Shown piece by piece: positions 57,053-64,000 of a DNA stretch of 64,000 nt; position 1 is the first letter of the stretch; the number at the start of each line of letters is the position of its first letter. The stretch spans positions 96,001 through 160,000 of the forward strand of contig JBFMHR010000002.1 in assembly GCA_040751795.1 (NCBI GenBank), read 5' to 3'. A program made the position numbers and the translations under genes. The DNA comes from Thermoplasmatota archaeon (GTDB lineage Archaea > Thermoplasmatota > Thermoplasmata > UBA10834). The notes under the pieces are model-generated. The model ran no database searches. It saw nothing but the letters and a program-made list of their open reading frames with translations, and was not told where the DNA came from.

Positions 57053-58282
57053 TCAGAGCCCCTCCACGACCTTGCGCAGCGCCTCGACGGACGCCTCCAC
57101 GACGGTCGGTCTCTCCGAGCGGGCCACGGCCACATCTGGGTCCTTGAGCCCGTGCCCGGTCGAGACGCACACTATCCTCGATGAGCGGTCCAACTTGCCG
57201 GAGGAGACGTCCTTGGCCAGCCCCGCGACCGCGGCCGCCCCGGCCGGCTCCGCGAAGATGCCCTCGAGTCCGGCCATCAGGCTCTGGGCCCTGAGTATCT
57301 CCTCGTCCGAGACGGTGGAGCAGGTACCTCCGGAGTCCCTGATGGCCTTGACGGTCTTCCTCCAGTTGGCCGGGTTCCCGATCCTTATCGCCGTCGCCAC
57401 GGTGTCGGGCCTGGCAACGGGCACCAGCGACTGCGAGCCATCGGCGAACATGGCTGCGACGGGCGCCGATCCCGCGGCCTGGACGCCCATCACCTTCGGG
57501 TGGGTGCCGACCACGCCGAGTTCCTCGTACTCCCTGAAGCCCTTCCAGTATGCGGCGGAGTTGCCGCCGTTGCCCACCGGTATGTAGAGGTAGTCGGGAG
57601 CAGAGCCGCCGAGCTGGTCGCAGACCTCGTATGCGGCGGTCTTCTGCCCCTCGACCCTGAACGGGTTGACCGAGTTGAGGACGTACATGTCCAGGGGCCC
57701 GGAGGCCTTCATCACCATGTCCAGCGCCTGGTCGAAGTTGCCCTTGACCGACACGACCTTCGCCCCGTGCATCATCGCCTGGGCCAGCTTCCCCAGCGCG
57801 ACCTTCCCCTCGGGTATCAGGACGACGCACCTGAGGCCGGCCAGCCCTGCGTAGGCGGCGAGCGACGCGGACGTGTTGCCGGTCGACGCGCACACCACGA
57901 CCCGCATCCCGAGCTCCTTGGCCTTCGAGATCCCCACGGTCATCCCCCGGTCCTTGAAGGAGCCCGTCGGGTTCATGCCGTCGAACTTGATCCAGAGGTC
58001 GTCCAGGCCGAGGTGTCTCCCCAGATTCTCGCACCTCATCAGTGGGGTGCCGCCCTCGCCCCTCGTGAACACCGGTGTGCCTTCGGCGACGGGGATCAGT
58101 TCACGGTACCTCCAGACGGAGAGCGGGCGGCCCTTCCACGCGCCGCTTGAGAGCCTGCGCTGGGCCGACGGGATGTCCATCGAGACCTCGAGCAGGTTGC
58201 CGCACGAGGAGCACGCGTAGGCGGGCCGGGCCATGTCGTGGACCTTGCCGCACCCGATGCACCTCATCTCGAATGGCGCCAT
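57053..58282 (-). CDS. thrC: Threonine synthase
   Basis: N-terminal CxxC...CxxC, GEGGTPL, NPTGSFKDRG, CASTGNTSAS, PVGNGGN, TGHGLKD. Confidence 0.95.
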   Translation of the reverse strand: MAPFEMRCIGCGKVHDMARPAYACSSCGNLLEVSMDIPSAQRRLSSGAWKGRPLSVWRYRELIPVAEGTPVFTRGEGGTPLMRCENLGRHLGLDDLWIKFDGMNPTGSFKDRGMTVGISKAKELGMRVVVCASTGNTSASLAAYAGLAGLRCVVLIPEGKVALGKLAQAMMHGAKVVSVKGNFDQALDMVMKASGPLDMYVLNSVNPFRVEGQKTAAYEVCDQLGGSAPDYLYIPVGNGGNSAAYWKGFREYEELGVVGTHPKVMGVQAAGSAPVAAMFADGSQSLVPVARPDTVATAIRIGNPANWRKTVKAIRDSGGTCSTVSDEEILRAQSLMAGLEGIFAEPAGAAAVAGLAKDVSSGKLDRSSRIVCVSTGHGLKDPDVAVARSERPTVVEASVEALRKVVEGL

Positions 58283-58388
58283 TTGACCTCCCCACTGGGG
58301 TGCGCCTGCTATGTGTAGAGAAAATATAAGCCCTTCGGACTTCTGGACGCGACGCGGCCGGCCTCTGGCCGAGCGCTGGCCCGGGTCT

Positions 58389-58406
58389 GTTGCACATATG
58401 TGTCCA
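58389..58406 (+). promoter_or_regulatory. Pseudo-palindromic TF-site candidate GTTGCACATATGTGTCCA (thrC/thrB intergenic)
   Basis: Matches 49187-49204 at 15/18; lies between the thrC TATA (minus, TTATAT ~58324-29) and the thrB TATA (TTTAATA 58435-41). Confidence 0.55.
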
Positions 58407-58475
58407 TGCGGTGCTGAGCCCGCGCCTCAATGGGTTTAATACCCACGGTGTCTGATGCCCTGCCAGGGACCACAG

Positions 58476-59405
58476 ATGAGATACAGCAGGGCCGTCGTCT
58501 CTTCGCCGGCCTCCATCGCCAACTTCGGGCCGGGCTTCGACTCCTTCGGGCTGTGTCTGGACACGCCCAGGGACCTCGTCACCGTCAAGAGGGCCCCGGC
58601 CGGCTCTTTCGAGGTCAAGGTCGTCGGCTCCGGCTCGGTGCCGACGGACCCGATGAGGAACACCGCCTCCTACTCGGCGATCAAGCTGGCGGAGGCCTGC
58701 GGCTGCGAGGACGCCGGCTTCTCCATGACGGTCAAGAAGGGCATGAAGCCAGGCAGCGGGATAGGGAGCAGCGCCGCCTCGTCAGTCGGCGGGGCGCTCG
58801 CCATGGCCGCGCTCCTTGGCGTCAAGGACAAGAAGGCAGTGCTGGAGGCGGCTGCCATGGGTGAGGAGCTCATCTCCGGGGCGATGCACTTCGACAACGT
58901 CGCGGCGGCCCTCTACGGGGGCTTCACCGTCGTGTCCGACGCGCGGACGAGGACGATACTCCAGATCAGGCCACCGAAGTTCGAGGTCGTCGTCGTGGTC
59001 CCCGATGTCACCGTGGAGACGAGGAAGGCGCGCGCGGTCCTTCCTGAGAAGGTCCACATGAGGGACGCGGTCAGCAACCTATCGCTCGCGTCCGGCATGG
59101 TCCATGCGATGATGAAGCGGGACGTGAGGGCGATCGCCTCGCACCTCGACGACTCGCTCGCCATCCCCTACAGGAAGTCGCTGGTGCCGGGCTACGACGC
59201 GGTCCGCGAGAGCGCGCTGGCCGCGGGGGCCCTCGGTGTCTCGCTCGGAGGCTCCGGACCCGCGGTCTTCGCGATCGCCATCCGCGGCGCCTCGAGGATC
59301 AGGTCCGCCATGGCCGATGCGTTCAGGGAGTCGGCCGGCCTGGACTCGGAGTCCTTCGTGACCCACCCCGGCGAGGGCGCGAGGATCGAGAGCGTCTCGA
59401 AGTGA
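58476..59405 (+). CDS. thrB: Homoserine kinase (GHMP family)
   Basis: PASIANFGPGFD, PGSGIGSSAAS, HFDNVA, GGSGP; ATG 58476 (alternative 58455). Confidence 0.93.
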   Translation: MRYSRAVVSSPASIANFGPGFDSFGLCLDTPRDLVTVKRAPAGSFEVKVVGSGSVPTDPMRNTASYSAIKLAEACGCEDAGFSMTVKKGMKPGSGIGSSAASSVGGALAMAALLGVKDKKAVLEAAAMGEELISGAMHFDNVAAALYGGFTVVSDARTRTILQIRPPKFEVVVVVPDVTVETRKARAVLPEKVHMRDAVSNLSLASGMVHAMMKRDVRAIASHLDDSLAIPYRKSLVPGYDAVRESALAAGALGVSLGGSGPAVFAIAIRGASRIRSAMADAFRESAGLDSESFVTHPGEGARIESVSK

Positions 59406-59407
59406 TG

Positions 59408-60328
59408 CTAGAACGCTATCCGCTCGCCAGGGACCCTGGGGAACAGCGACACGTCCCGCACGTGCTTCTGGCCAGTCAGGAACCTCACCATGCGCTCTAT
59501 GCCCAGGCCCCCGCCCACGGTCTGCGGGATGAGGCCGCTGCTGGCGACCTCGAGGTACCTCTTGAACGCGGCGGGGTCGGTCCTCCTCTCCCCCATCTTG
59601 CGCAGTATCTCCTGGTGCTCCCACTCCCTCTCGCCGCCCGAGAGCGCCTCGCCGTAGCCCTCCGGCCAGAAGACGTCGTAGTTGTGGTAGTAGCCCCTGC
59701 GCTCCTTGTCCTCGCGGTCGTAGAACTCCCTGCGGAAGTTGAGTATCCAGAACGGGTCCCTCTCGCTCTCGGAGGCGACCCTCTCGAAGTCGTCGCCGTA
59801 CCTGGCCCTGAGGTCGTCGGACTCGTGGACCTTCAGGGGGAGCTCCGGCGTCCGCAGCCTCCTGCCGAGCGCCCTCAGGTCGTCCTTGCACTCCCTCTGG
59901 ACGAAAGAGAACACGCTGCCGATCATCCCGTCGATGAAGCAGATGAAGTCCTTCTTGGTCGCGTCCTTGAGCTCGATGTCCACCTGGGTGAACTCGAAGA
60001 GGTGCCGGCCCGTCTCGCCCAGGCTCCCCTGCTCCAGCCGCACGTTCGGGGACATGATGTAGATCTTGTCGAACCCATCGTTGAGCAGGGCCAGCTGCTT
60101 GTGCATGATCATGCTCTTGGTGAGGTGAAGCCTCTGGCCGTAGTACTCGACCGAGGCGTCGAAGTGCGGGTGGTTGAGCGGGTCCGTCTCGGGGGAGAGG
60201 ATCACGGGCATCGACTGGACCACGCCGTTGTCGTACATGTAGTCGTGGAGCGCCTTGAGGGCCGCGCTCTGCACCCTGAGTATGTGGGCCATCTTAGTCT
60301 CGCGGAGGTGTAGCACCGTGTCCTGCAT
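59408..60328 (-). CDS. asnA: Archaeal asparagine synthetase A (AspRS/AsnRS-derived, no anticodon domain)
   Basis: PVILSPETDPL, LTKSMIMHKQL, SPNVRLE, RHLFEFTQVDIE, REFYDRED, GYGEALSGGERE, GGGLGIER, FPRVPG; ATG 60328 or 60337. Confidence 0.9.
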   Translation of the reverse strand: MQDTVLHLRETKMAHILRVQSAALKALHDYMYDNGVVQSMPVILSPETDPLNHPHFDASVEYYGQRLHLTKSMIMHKQLALLNDGFDKIYIMSPNVRLEQGSLGETGRHLFEFTQVDIELKDATKKDFICFIDGMIGSVFSFVQRECKDDLRALGRRLRTPELPLKVHESDDLRARYGDDFERVASESERDPFWILNFRREFYDREDKERRGYYHNYDVFWPEGYGEALSGGEREWEHQEILRKMGERRTDPAAFKRYLEVASSGLIPQTVGGGLGIERMVRFLTGQKHVRDVSLFPRVPGERIAF

Positions 60329-60447
60329 GCTTATCATCGACGAATAGACGACAACACGGGATTCTATTTGACTATTTCCTCCAAATTGGCGGAAAATGGC
60401 CAAAAAGAGGCAATTATAATATATGATTCCCGTCATATTGCCGGAAC

Positions 60448-60885
60448 ATGTTGGACGAGAAGGACACGGCGATACTCGAGAAGCTCATCGAGGACTCGCG
60501 CAGGACGACCAAGGCGATAGCCAAGGAGCTCGACATACCGAGGGCCACCGTCCACGACCGCATAACGAAGATGGAACAGAAGGGCGTCATAAGGAGGTAC
60601 ACCGCGGTCCCCGACTACGTCCAGCTCGGCGCAGGAGTCTCCGCCTTCATACTGGTTCAGTTCGGGCCGGAGAGCGGCATCTCCCAGCGCGACACCGCCG
60701 AGGAGATATCCACGATCCAGGGGATATTCGAGGTCCACATGATATCGGGGGAATACGACATGCTCCTGAAGGTCCGCGGGGCCAGCATGGAGGAGATCGG
60801 CAGGCTGGTCATAGACAAGCTGAGGGACGTCAAGGGCGTGGCGCGCACGCTGACCTGCGCGGTCTTCACCACGGTGAAGGAGTGA
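60448..60885 (+). CDS. Lrp/AsnC family transcriptional regulator
   Basis: LDEKDTAILEKLIEDSR...TVHDRITKMEQKGVIRRY HTH; RAM domain VHMISGEYDMLLKV. Confidence 0.94.
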   Translation: MLDEKDTAILEKLIEDSRRTTKAIAKELDIPRATVHDRITKMEQKGVIRRYTAVPDYVQLGAGVSAFILVQFGPESGISQRDTAEEISTIQGIFEVHMISGEYDMLLKVRGASMEEIGRLVIDKLRDVKGVARTLTCAVFTTVKE

Positions 60886-60891
60886 CAGCGT

Positions 60892-62334
60892 CTACCTGGC
60901 CCTCTTCTTCAGCAGCCTCGCCGCGGTCTCGCCGACCTCGCTCCTCACCGGCTCGACGGTGTGCTCCTTGAATATCCGCCTGACCTCGTCGCCGGCCCGG
61001 TCGAGTATGCTCCTGGAGCCCTTCTGGACCCACGCGTCCCACGACGACCTGTCGGCGACGGCGGGGATGAAGTGCTCCGTCCTGAACCTCTCCATCGTGT
61101 GCCTCTGTCCGAGGTAGTCCTTGCCTATCCCGACCCTCCGGATGACGTCGAGGGCGATGCTGTCCTCGGTGACGTCCATGCCCCTCGCCATCCTCCCGAT
61201 CATCTGGGACATCTCGGAGTCGATCACGAGCTGCTCGAGCCAGATCGTCCTGCAGTCCTCGAGGAGGCCTATCCCGGCGATCATGTCCGCCCCGGCCAGG
61301 ATCGGCGGCACGGCGCTCGCGTACTTCTCGAACGCGGCCTGCTCGTCCGGCTCCTTGGAGGTGGTGACGAACCCGCCGACGAGCGCGGGGAAGCCCAGGT
61401 CGTGGGCCATCTGCGCGTAGGCGGCGGAGGTCAGCCCCTGCTCGGCGCACCCTCCGGCCCTGGTCGACGCCTTCATGTCGAGCACGGCCATGCCGGCCGC
61501 GAACACGAAGGACGTGCCGGGGCTGCTGAGCTGGAACAGGGTGTTGCCCGCGAGCGCCTCCGCGACGGCGACTGTCACCGCGCCCGCGAGGGTGGCGGGG
61601 CCCGTGGCCCCAGGCCCTGGCATGACGTAGAAGCATATGGGTATCCCGGCCTCGGCCGCGACGAAGCCGGCCTCGAGCCCCTCGCCGTCGATCTGCAGCG
61701 GGGACGAGCTGGTGTGTATCGACGAGATGAGGGGCCTCTTCCTGAGCTCCTCCCTCCCGCCGGCGGCGGCGGACGCGAGCTCTATGACGTCCTCGACCTC
61801 CCAGGCCGTGGTGTCCGTGGCTATGGTGATGTGCTTCTCGGTGTTCTCCAGGGACGCCTGGAGGTCGTGGATGTGCCTCGTCCCCTGGGGGACGTCCTGC
61901 GACGTGACGTTGGGCCAGTTGATCCCGTGCCCCTTCAGGGCGTCGGCGACGAAGGCGCTCCTTGCGACGTCGGACTTCCTCGACTCGCGCCTCTGCCTCG
62001 TCTCGAAGTCCATCGCCATGGTGCCGTTGCCGTCGCTCGTGACGTAGGTGTGGGCCCCGTCGAGGCGGGCGTCGTGCCTCCTCGTGCGGCCGTAGAACGT
62101 GACCGCGCGGTTGGCCTTCCTCACGCACTCGTTGACCAGTCCGTCGGGGAACCTGACCACTGCGCTTTTCCTGTCCACTTCGCAGCCTGCCTTCTGTAGC
62201 ATCAGCTGCGCTTTTTCGCTCCTGACCGCGACGCCGGTCCCCTCGAGCACCTCGAGGGCTGCCTGCCGTATCATCCTCATGTCGTCGTTCGTCAGGACGT
62301 CCCTCTTGTGTCTGACGGTTATGCTGTTGGCCAT
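60892..62334 (-). CDS. MttB-superfamily corrinoid methyltransferase, non-pyrrolysine
   Basis: TEKH, SSPLQID, GATGPATLAG, AQMAHDLGFP..VGGFVTTSKEPDEQAAFE, GIGLLE, EQLVIDSE, YLGQRHT; no in-frame TAG. Confidence 0.9.
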   Translation of the reverse strand: MANSITVRHKRDVLTNDDMRMIRQAALEVLEGTGVAVRSEKAQLMLQKAGCEVDRKSAVVRFPDGLVNECVRKANRAVTFYGRTRRHDARLDGAHTYVTSDGNGTMAMDFETRQRRESRKSDVARSAFVADALKGHGINWPNVTSQDVPQGTRHIHDLQASLENTEKHITIATDTTAWEVEDVIELASAAAGGREELRKRPLISSIHTSSSPLQIDGEGLEAGFVAAEAGIPICFYVMPGPGATGPATLAGAVTVAVAEALAGNTLFQLSSPGTSFVFAAGMAVLDMKASTRAGGCAEQGLTSAAYAQMAHDLGFPALVGGFVTTSKEPDEQAAFEKYASAVPPILAGADMIAGIGLLEDCRTIWLEQLVIDSEMSQMIGRMARGMDVTEDSIALDVIRRVGIGKDYLGQRHTMERFRTEHFIPAVADRSSWDAWVQKGSRSILDRAGDEVRRIFKEHTVEPVRSEVGETAARLLKKRAR

Positions 62335-62383
62335 TCCTGTCCCCCCGGTTACGGGTCTCCTCTCTTCGGTATCGTCGATGATC

Positions 62384-62439
62384 GGGAAATGTGAAAAATG
62401 GATTTAGGCGGCCGGGCGGTCTCCCGCGCCGGCCCCTAA
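62384..62439 (-). terminator. Strong stem-loop with GAGA tetraloop followed by a pyrimidine tract, between the two mttB-like genes
   Basis: Minus strand TTAGG-GGCCGG-C-GCGG-GAGA-CCGC-CCGGCC-G-CCTAA (62404-62439), then ATCCATTTTTCACATTTCCC. Confidence 0.65.
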
Positions 62440-62451
62440 CAGGTTTCTCAT

Positions 62452-63921
62452 CTAGTGGACCTTCGACTCGCCGCCCCACATGGGCTTCTTGGCCTTCTCG
62501 ATCACGCCGGTCAATGCCTTCTGCTTGTCCGCCGGGATCGGGGCGACCTTGTGCTCGGCCAGGATCTTCTTGACCCTGTCCCTCGCGGCGTCCCTGAGGG
62601 TCTTCGAGCCGGTCTGCGACCAAGCGTCGTAGGAGCGCCTGTCGATGAGCGTCGGCCTGAAGTGCTCGCTCTTGAGGTGGTCTACCGTGTGCCTCTGGGC
62701 GAGGAAGTTCTTCCCCACGCCGACCTTCTCAATCACGTCGAGCGCGAGCGTGTCCTCGTCCGCCCACTCGCCCCTGATGAGCCTCGCGATGGCGCCGATT
62801 ATCTCGTTGTCCATCACGATCTCCTCGTAGTGCAGGCAGCTCGAGTCCTCGAGCAGCCCGACGCCGCACATCAGGTCCGCGCCCGCCAGCAGCGGCCCGA
62901 CGCAGCCGGTGTAGTACTCCAGGACCGACTGGTCGCCGGGCACCTTGGCCGTCGCAGAGACGCCCACGCAGCTCGGCATCCCGTAGTAGTGCGCGAGCTC
63001 CGTGGCCATGGCCGAGGAGATCGCGTGCTCCGGGCTGCCTCCCGCCCTGACGGTCGTCCTCATGTCCAGCGGGGCGTTCCCCATGCCGTATATGACGGAC
63101 GCGCCAGGCGTGTCGAGCTGGATCATGGTCAGCGCGCTCAGTACCTCGGCGTTGCCGACCGCGAGTGACCCGACGAGGGTCGCAGGGCCGGTGGCGCCGG
63201 GCTGCGGCATCCCGAAGAACACCAGCGGCACGCCCGCCTTGGCGAAGTAGAGGCTCGCGTCCATGACTCCGGCGTCGTGCTGGAGCGGTGCGTACGTGCA
63301 CTGCAGGCAGGAGGTCAGAGGCCTCTGCCTGTACTCCTTCTCGCCGCCCGCCGCGATGTATCCCATCTCGGTCAGGTCCTTGGCGTCGGAGAGCGTCACG
63401 CCCGTCTCGTACATGACGTGCTTCTCCGTGTTGTTCAGGGAAGCGTCGAGGTCGTGCAGGTGCACGACCGACGGGTGCTGGTCCGTCGAGCTGACCATCG
63501 GCCAGTGGATGTGGACGTTCTCGAGGGCGTCGATGATCCTCGAGGAGTTGGCGACGTCCTTCTTGGTCGAGCCCCTCCTCTCGCCGGTCTCGAAGTCCAC
63601 GGCGACCGCGCCGTTGCCGTTCGCGGTCATGTAGCTGTGGTTCAGGTCCAGCTTCGCGTCGTACTTCGGATTCCTCCCGGCCAGGGTGAAAGCGCCCTTC
63701 TTCTTGATGAGCGCCTCCTCGACCAGGTGGGACGGGATCTTGGCGACCCTCGTCTTCTCGTCGACGTCGCAGCCGTTGTCCTTCAACAGCTTCCTGCACG
63801 TCGGGCTGTCGACCTGCACACCGATCTTGTCGAGTATGTGTAGTGTGCTCCAGTGAATCCTGTCCAGGTCCTCATCGCTGAGGATCTGGAACCGGATGCC
63901 CCTCTTGATTCCGTAGGCCAT
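62452..63921 (-). CDS. MttB-superfamily corrinoid methyltransferase, non-pyrrolysine
   Basis: LSDEDLDRIH..TLHILDKIGV, TEKH, APLQHD, GATGPATLVG, ELAHYYGMPSCVGVSATAKVPGDQ, GVGLLE, FLAQRHT; no in-frame TAG. Confidence 0.9.
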   Translation of the reverse strand: MAYGIKRGIRFQILSDEDLDRIHWSTLHILDKIGVQVDSPTCRKLLKDNGCDVDEKTRVAKIPSHLVEEALIKKKGAFTLAGRNPKYDAKLDLNHSYMTANGNGAVAVDFETGERRGSTKKDVANSSRIIDALENVHIHWPMVSSTDQHPSVVHLHDLDASLNNTEKHVMYETGVTLSDAKDLTEMGYIAAGGEKEYRQRPLTSCLQCTYAPLQHDAGVMDASLYFAKAGVPLVFFGMPQPGATGPATLVGSLAVGNAEVLSALTMIQLDTPGASVIYGMGNAPLDMRTTVRAGGSPEHAISSAMATELAHYYGMPSCVGVSATAKVPGDQSVLEYYTGCVGPLLAGADLMCGVGLLEDSSCLHYEEIVMDNEIIGAIARLIRGEWADEDTLALDVIEKVGVGKNFLAQRHTVDHLKSEHFRPTLIDRRSYDAWSQTGSKTLRDAARDRVKKILAEHKVAPIPADKQKALTGVIEKAKKPMWGGESKVH

Positions 63922-63927
63922 TGGACC

Positions 63928-64000
63928 TCACCCGACGAGCCTCTTGGCGACCTCTACCGCGCTGGAGGCGTCGCCGCTGTACCCCTCGGCTCCGATCTCC
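63928..64000 (-). CDS. Methyltransferase cognate corrinoid protein (MttC/MtbC-like), C-terminal end only
   Basis: Manual translation ...EIGAEGYSGDASSAVEVAKRLVG* matches the IGAD.Y..DA..AV..AK tail of B12-binding corrinoid proteins; ends 6 nt before the mttB-like start. Confidence 0.75.
   Translation of the reverse strand, partial: EIGAEGYSGDASSAVEVAKRLVG

Noticed and set aside
58283-58330. Thr/Ile leader peptide or attenuator before thrC
   Set aside because: The TATA box is ~45 nt from the ATG, leaving no room for a uORF; only a tiny CCCC-AGT-GGGG hairpin overlaps the SD.
60329-60436. N-terminal extensions in the ORF track for asnA (also rpl10e, tes, lysC, leuB, leuD, ogt)
   Set aside because: They run through promoters or neighbouring genes; starts were reset to SD-supported codons at the conserved N-termini.
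62404-62454. Hairpin right after the TAG stop of the first mttB-like gene as a pyrrolysine read-through signal
   Set aside because: The protein is already full length, read-through would add only about 16 residues before TAA, and TAG is a common stop in this window.
1-64000. tRNA, rRNA, RNase P RNA, CRISPR arrays, transposases or integrases
   Set aside because: Intergenic gaps are short (under about 300 nt) and I saw no cloverleaf, spaced direct repeats or recombinase motifs by eye. A tRNAscan/Infernal run would be needed to exclude small RNAs.

Overview
GC-rich archaeal chromosomal segment, most consistent with a Thermoplasmatota (Thermoplasmata) lineage. Support: uL16/L10e, Dph2, Rpp21, archaeal-type ThrRS and asparagine synthetase, TrmB regulators, DUF835, tetraether synthase, TATA-box promoters. 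It holds about 58 densely packed core and metabolic genes: an MMPL/TrmB locus, a lipid and glycosylation cluster (tes-ferredoxin-GGR-GT-C facing GT4-DedA-GT2/GtrA), a ~1480-aa pilin-signal/lamin-tail-domain protein between two CPA2 antiporters, translation genes (serS, thrS, rpl10e, dph2, queDCE), amino-acid biosynthesis genes (leuACDB, pheA, thrC-hom-lysC-ilvD, thrB, asnA with an Lrp/AsnC regulator) and a corrinoid protein followed by two non-pyrrolysine MttB methyltransferases. I saw no tRNA, rRNA, CRISPR array or mobile element. The top finding is below the ORF-track size cutoff: a 19-codon Leu-rich leader peptide (MAPQSNAPLILPLGLLLLA, 49013-49072, minus strand). It has its own GGAGG ribosome-binding site, rare Leu codons, alternative hairpins and a U6 tract directly ahead of leuA, which looks like bacterial-style ribosome-mediated attenuation in an archaeon. 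Also notable: an 18-bp pseudo-palindrome shared by the leu/pheA and thrC/thrB divergent promoters, and a TrmB-family gene sharing a bidirectional promoter with the tetraether-lipid operon. All product calls are motif recognition by eye and all RNA structures were paired by hand; no searches or folding programs were run.
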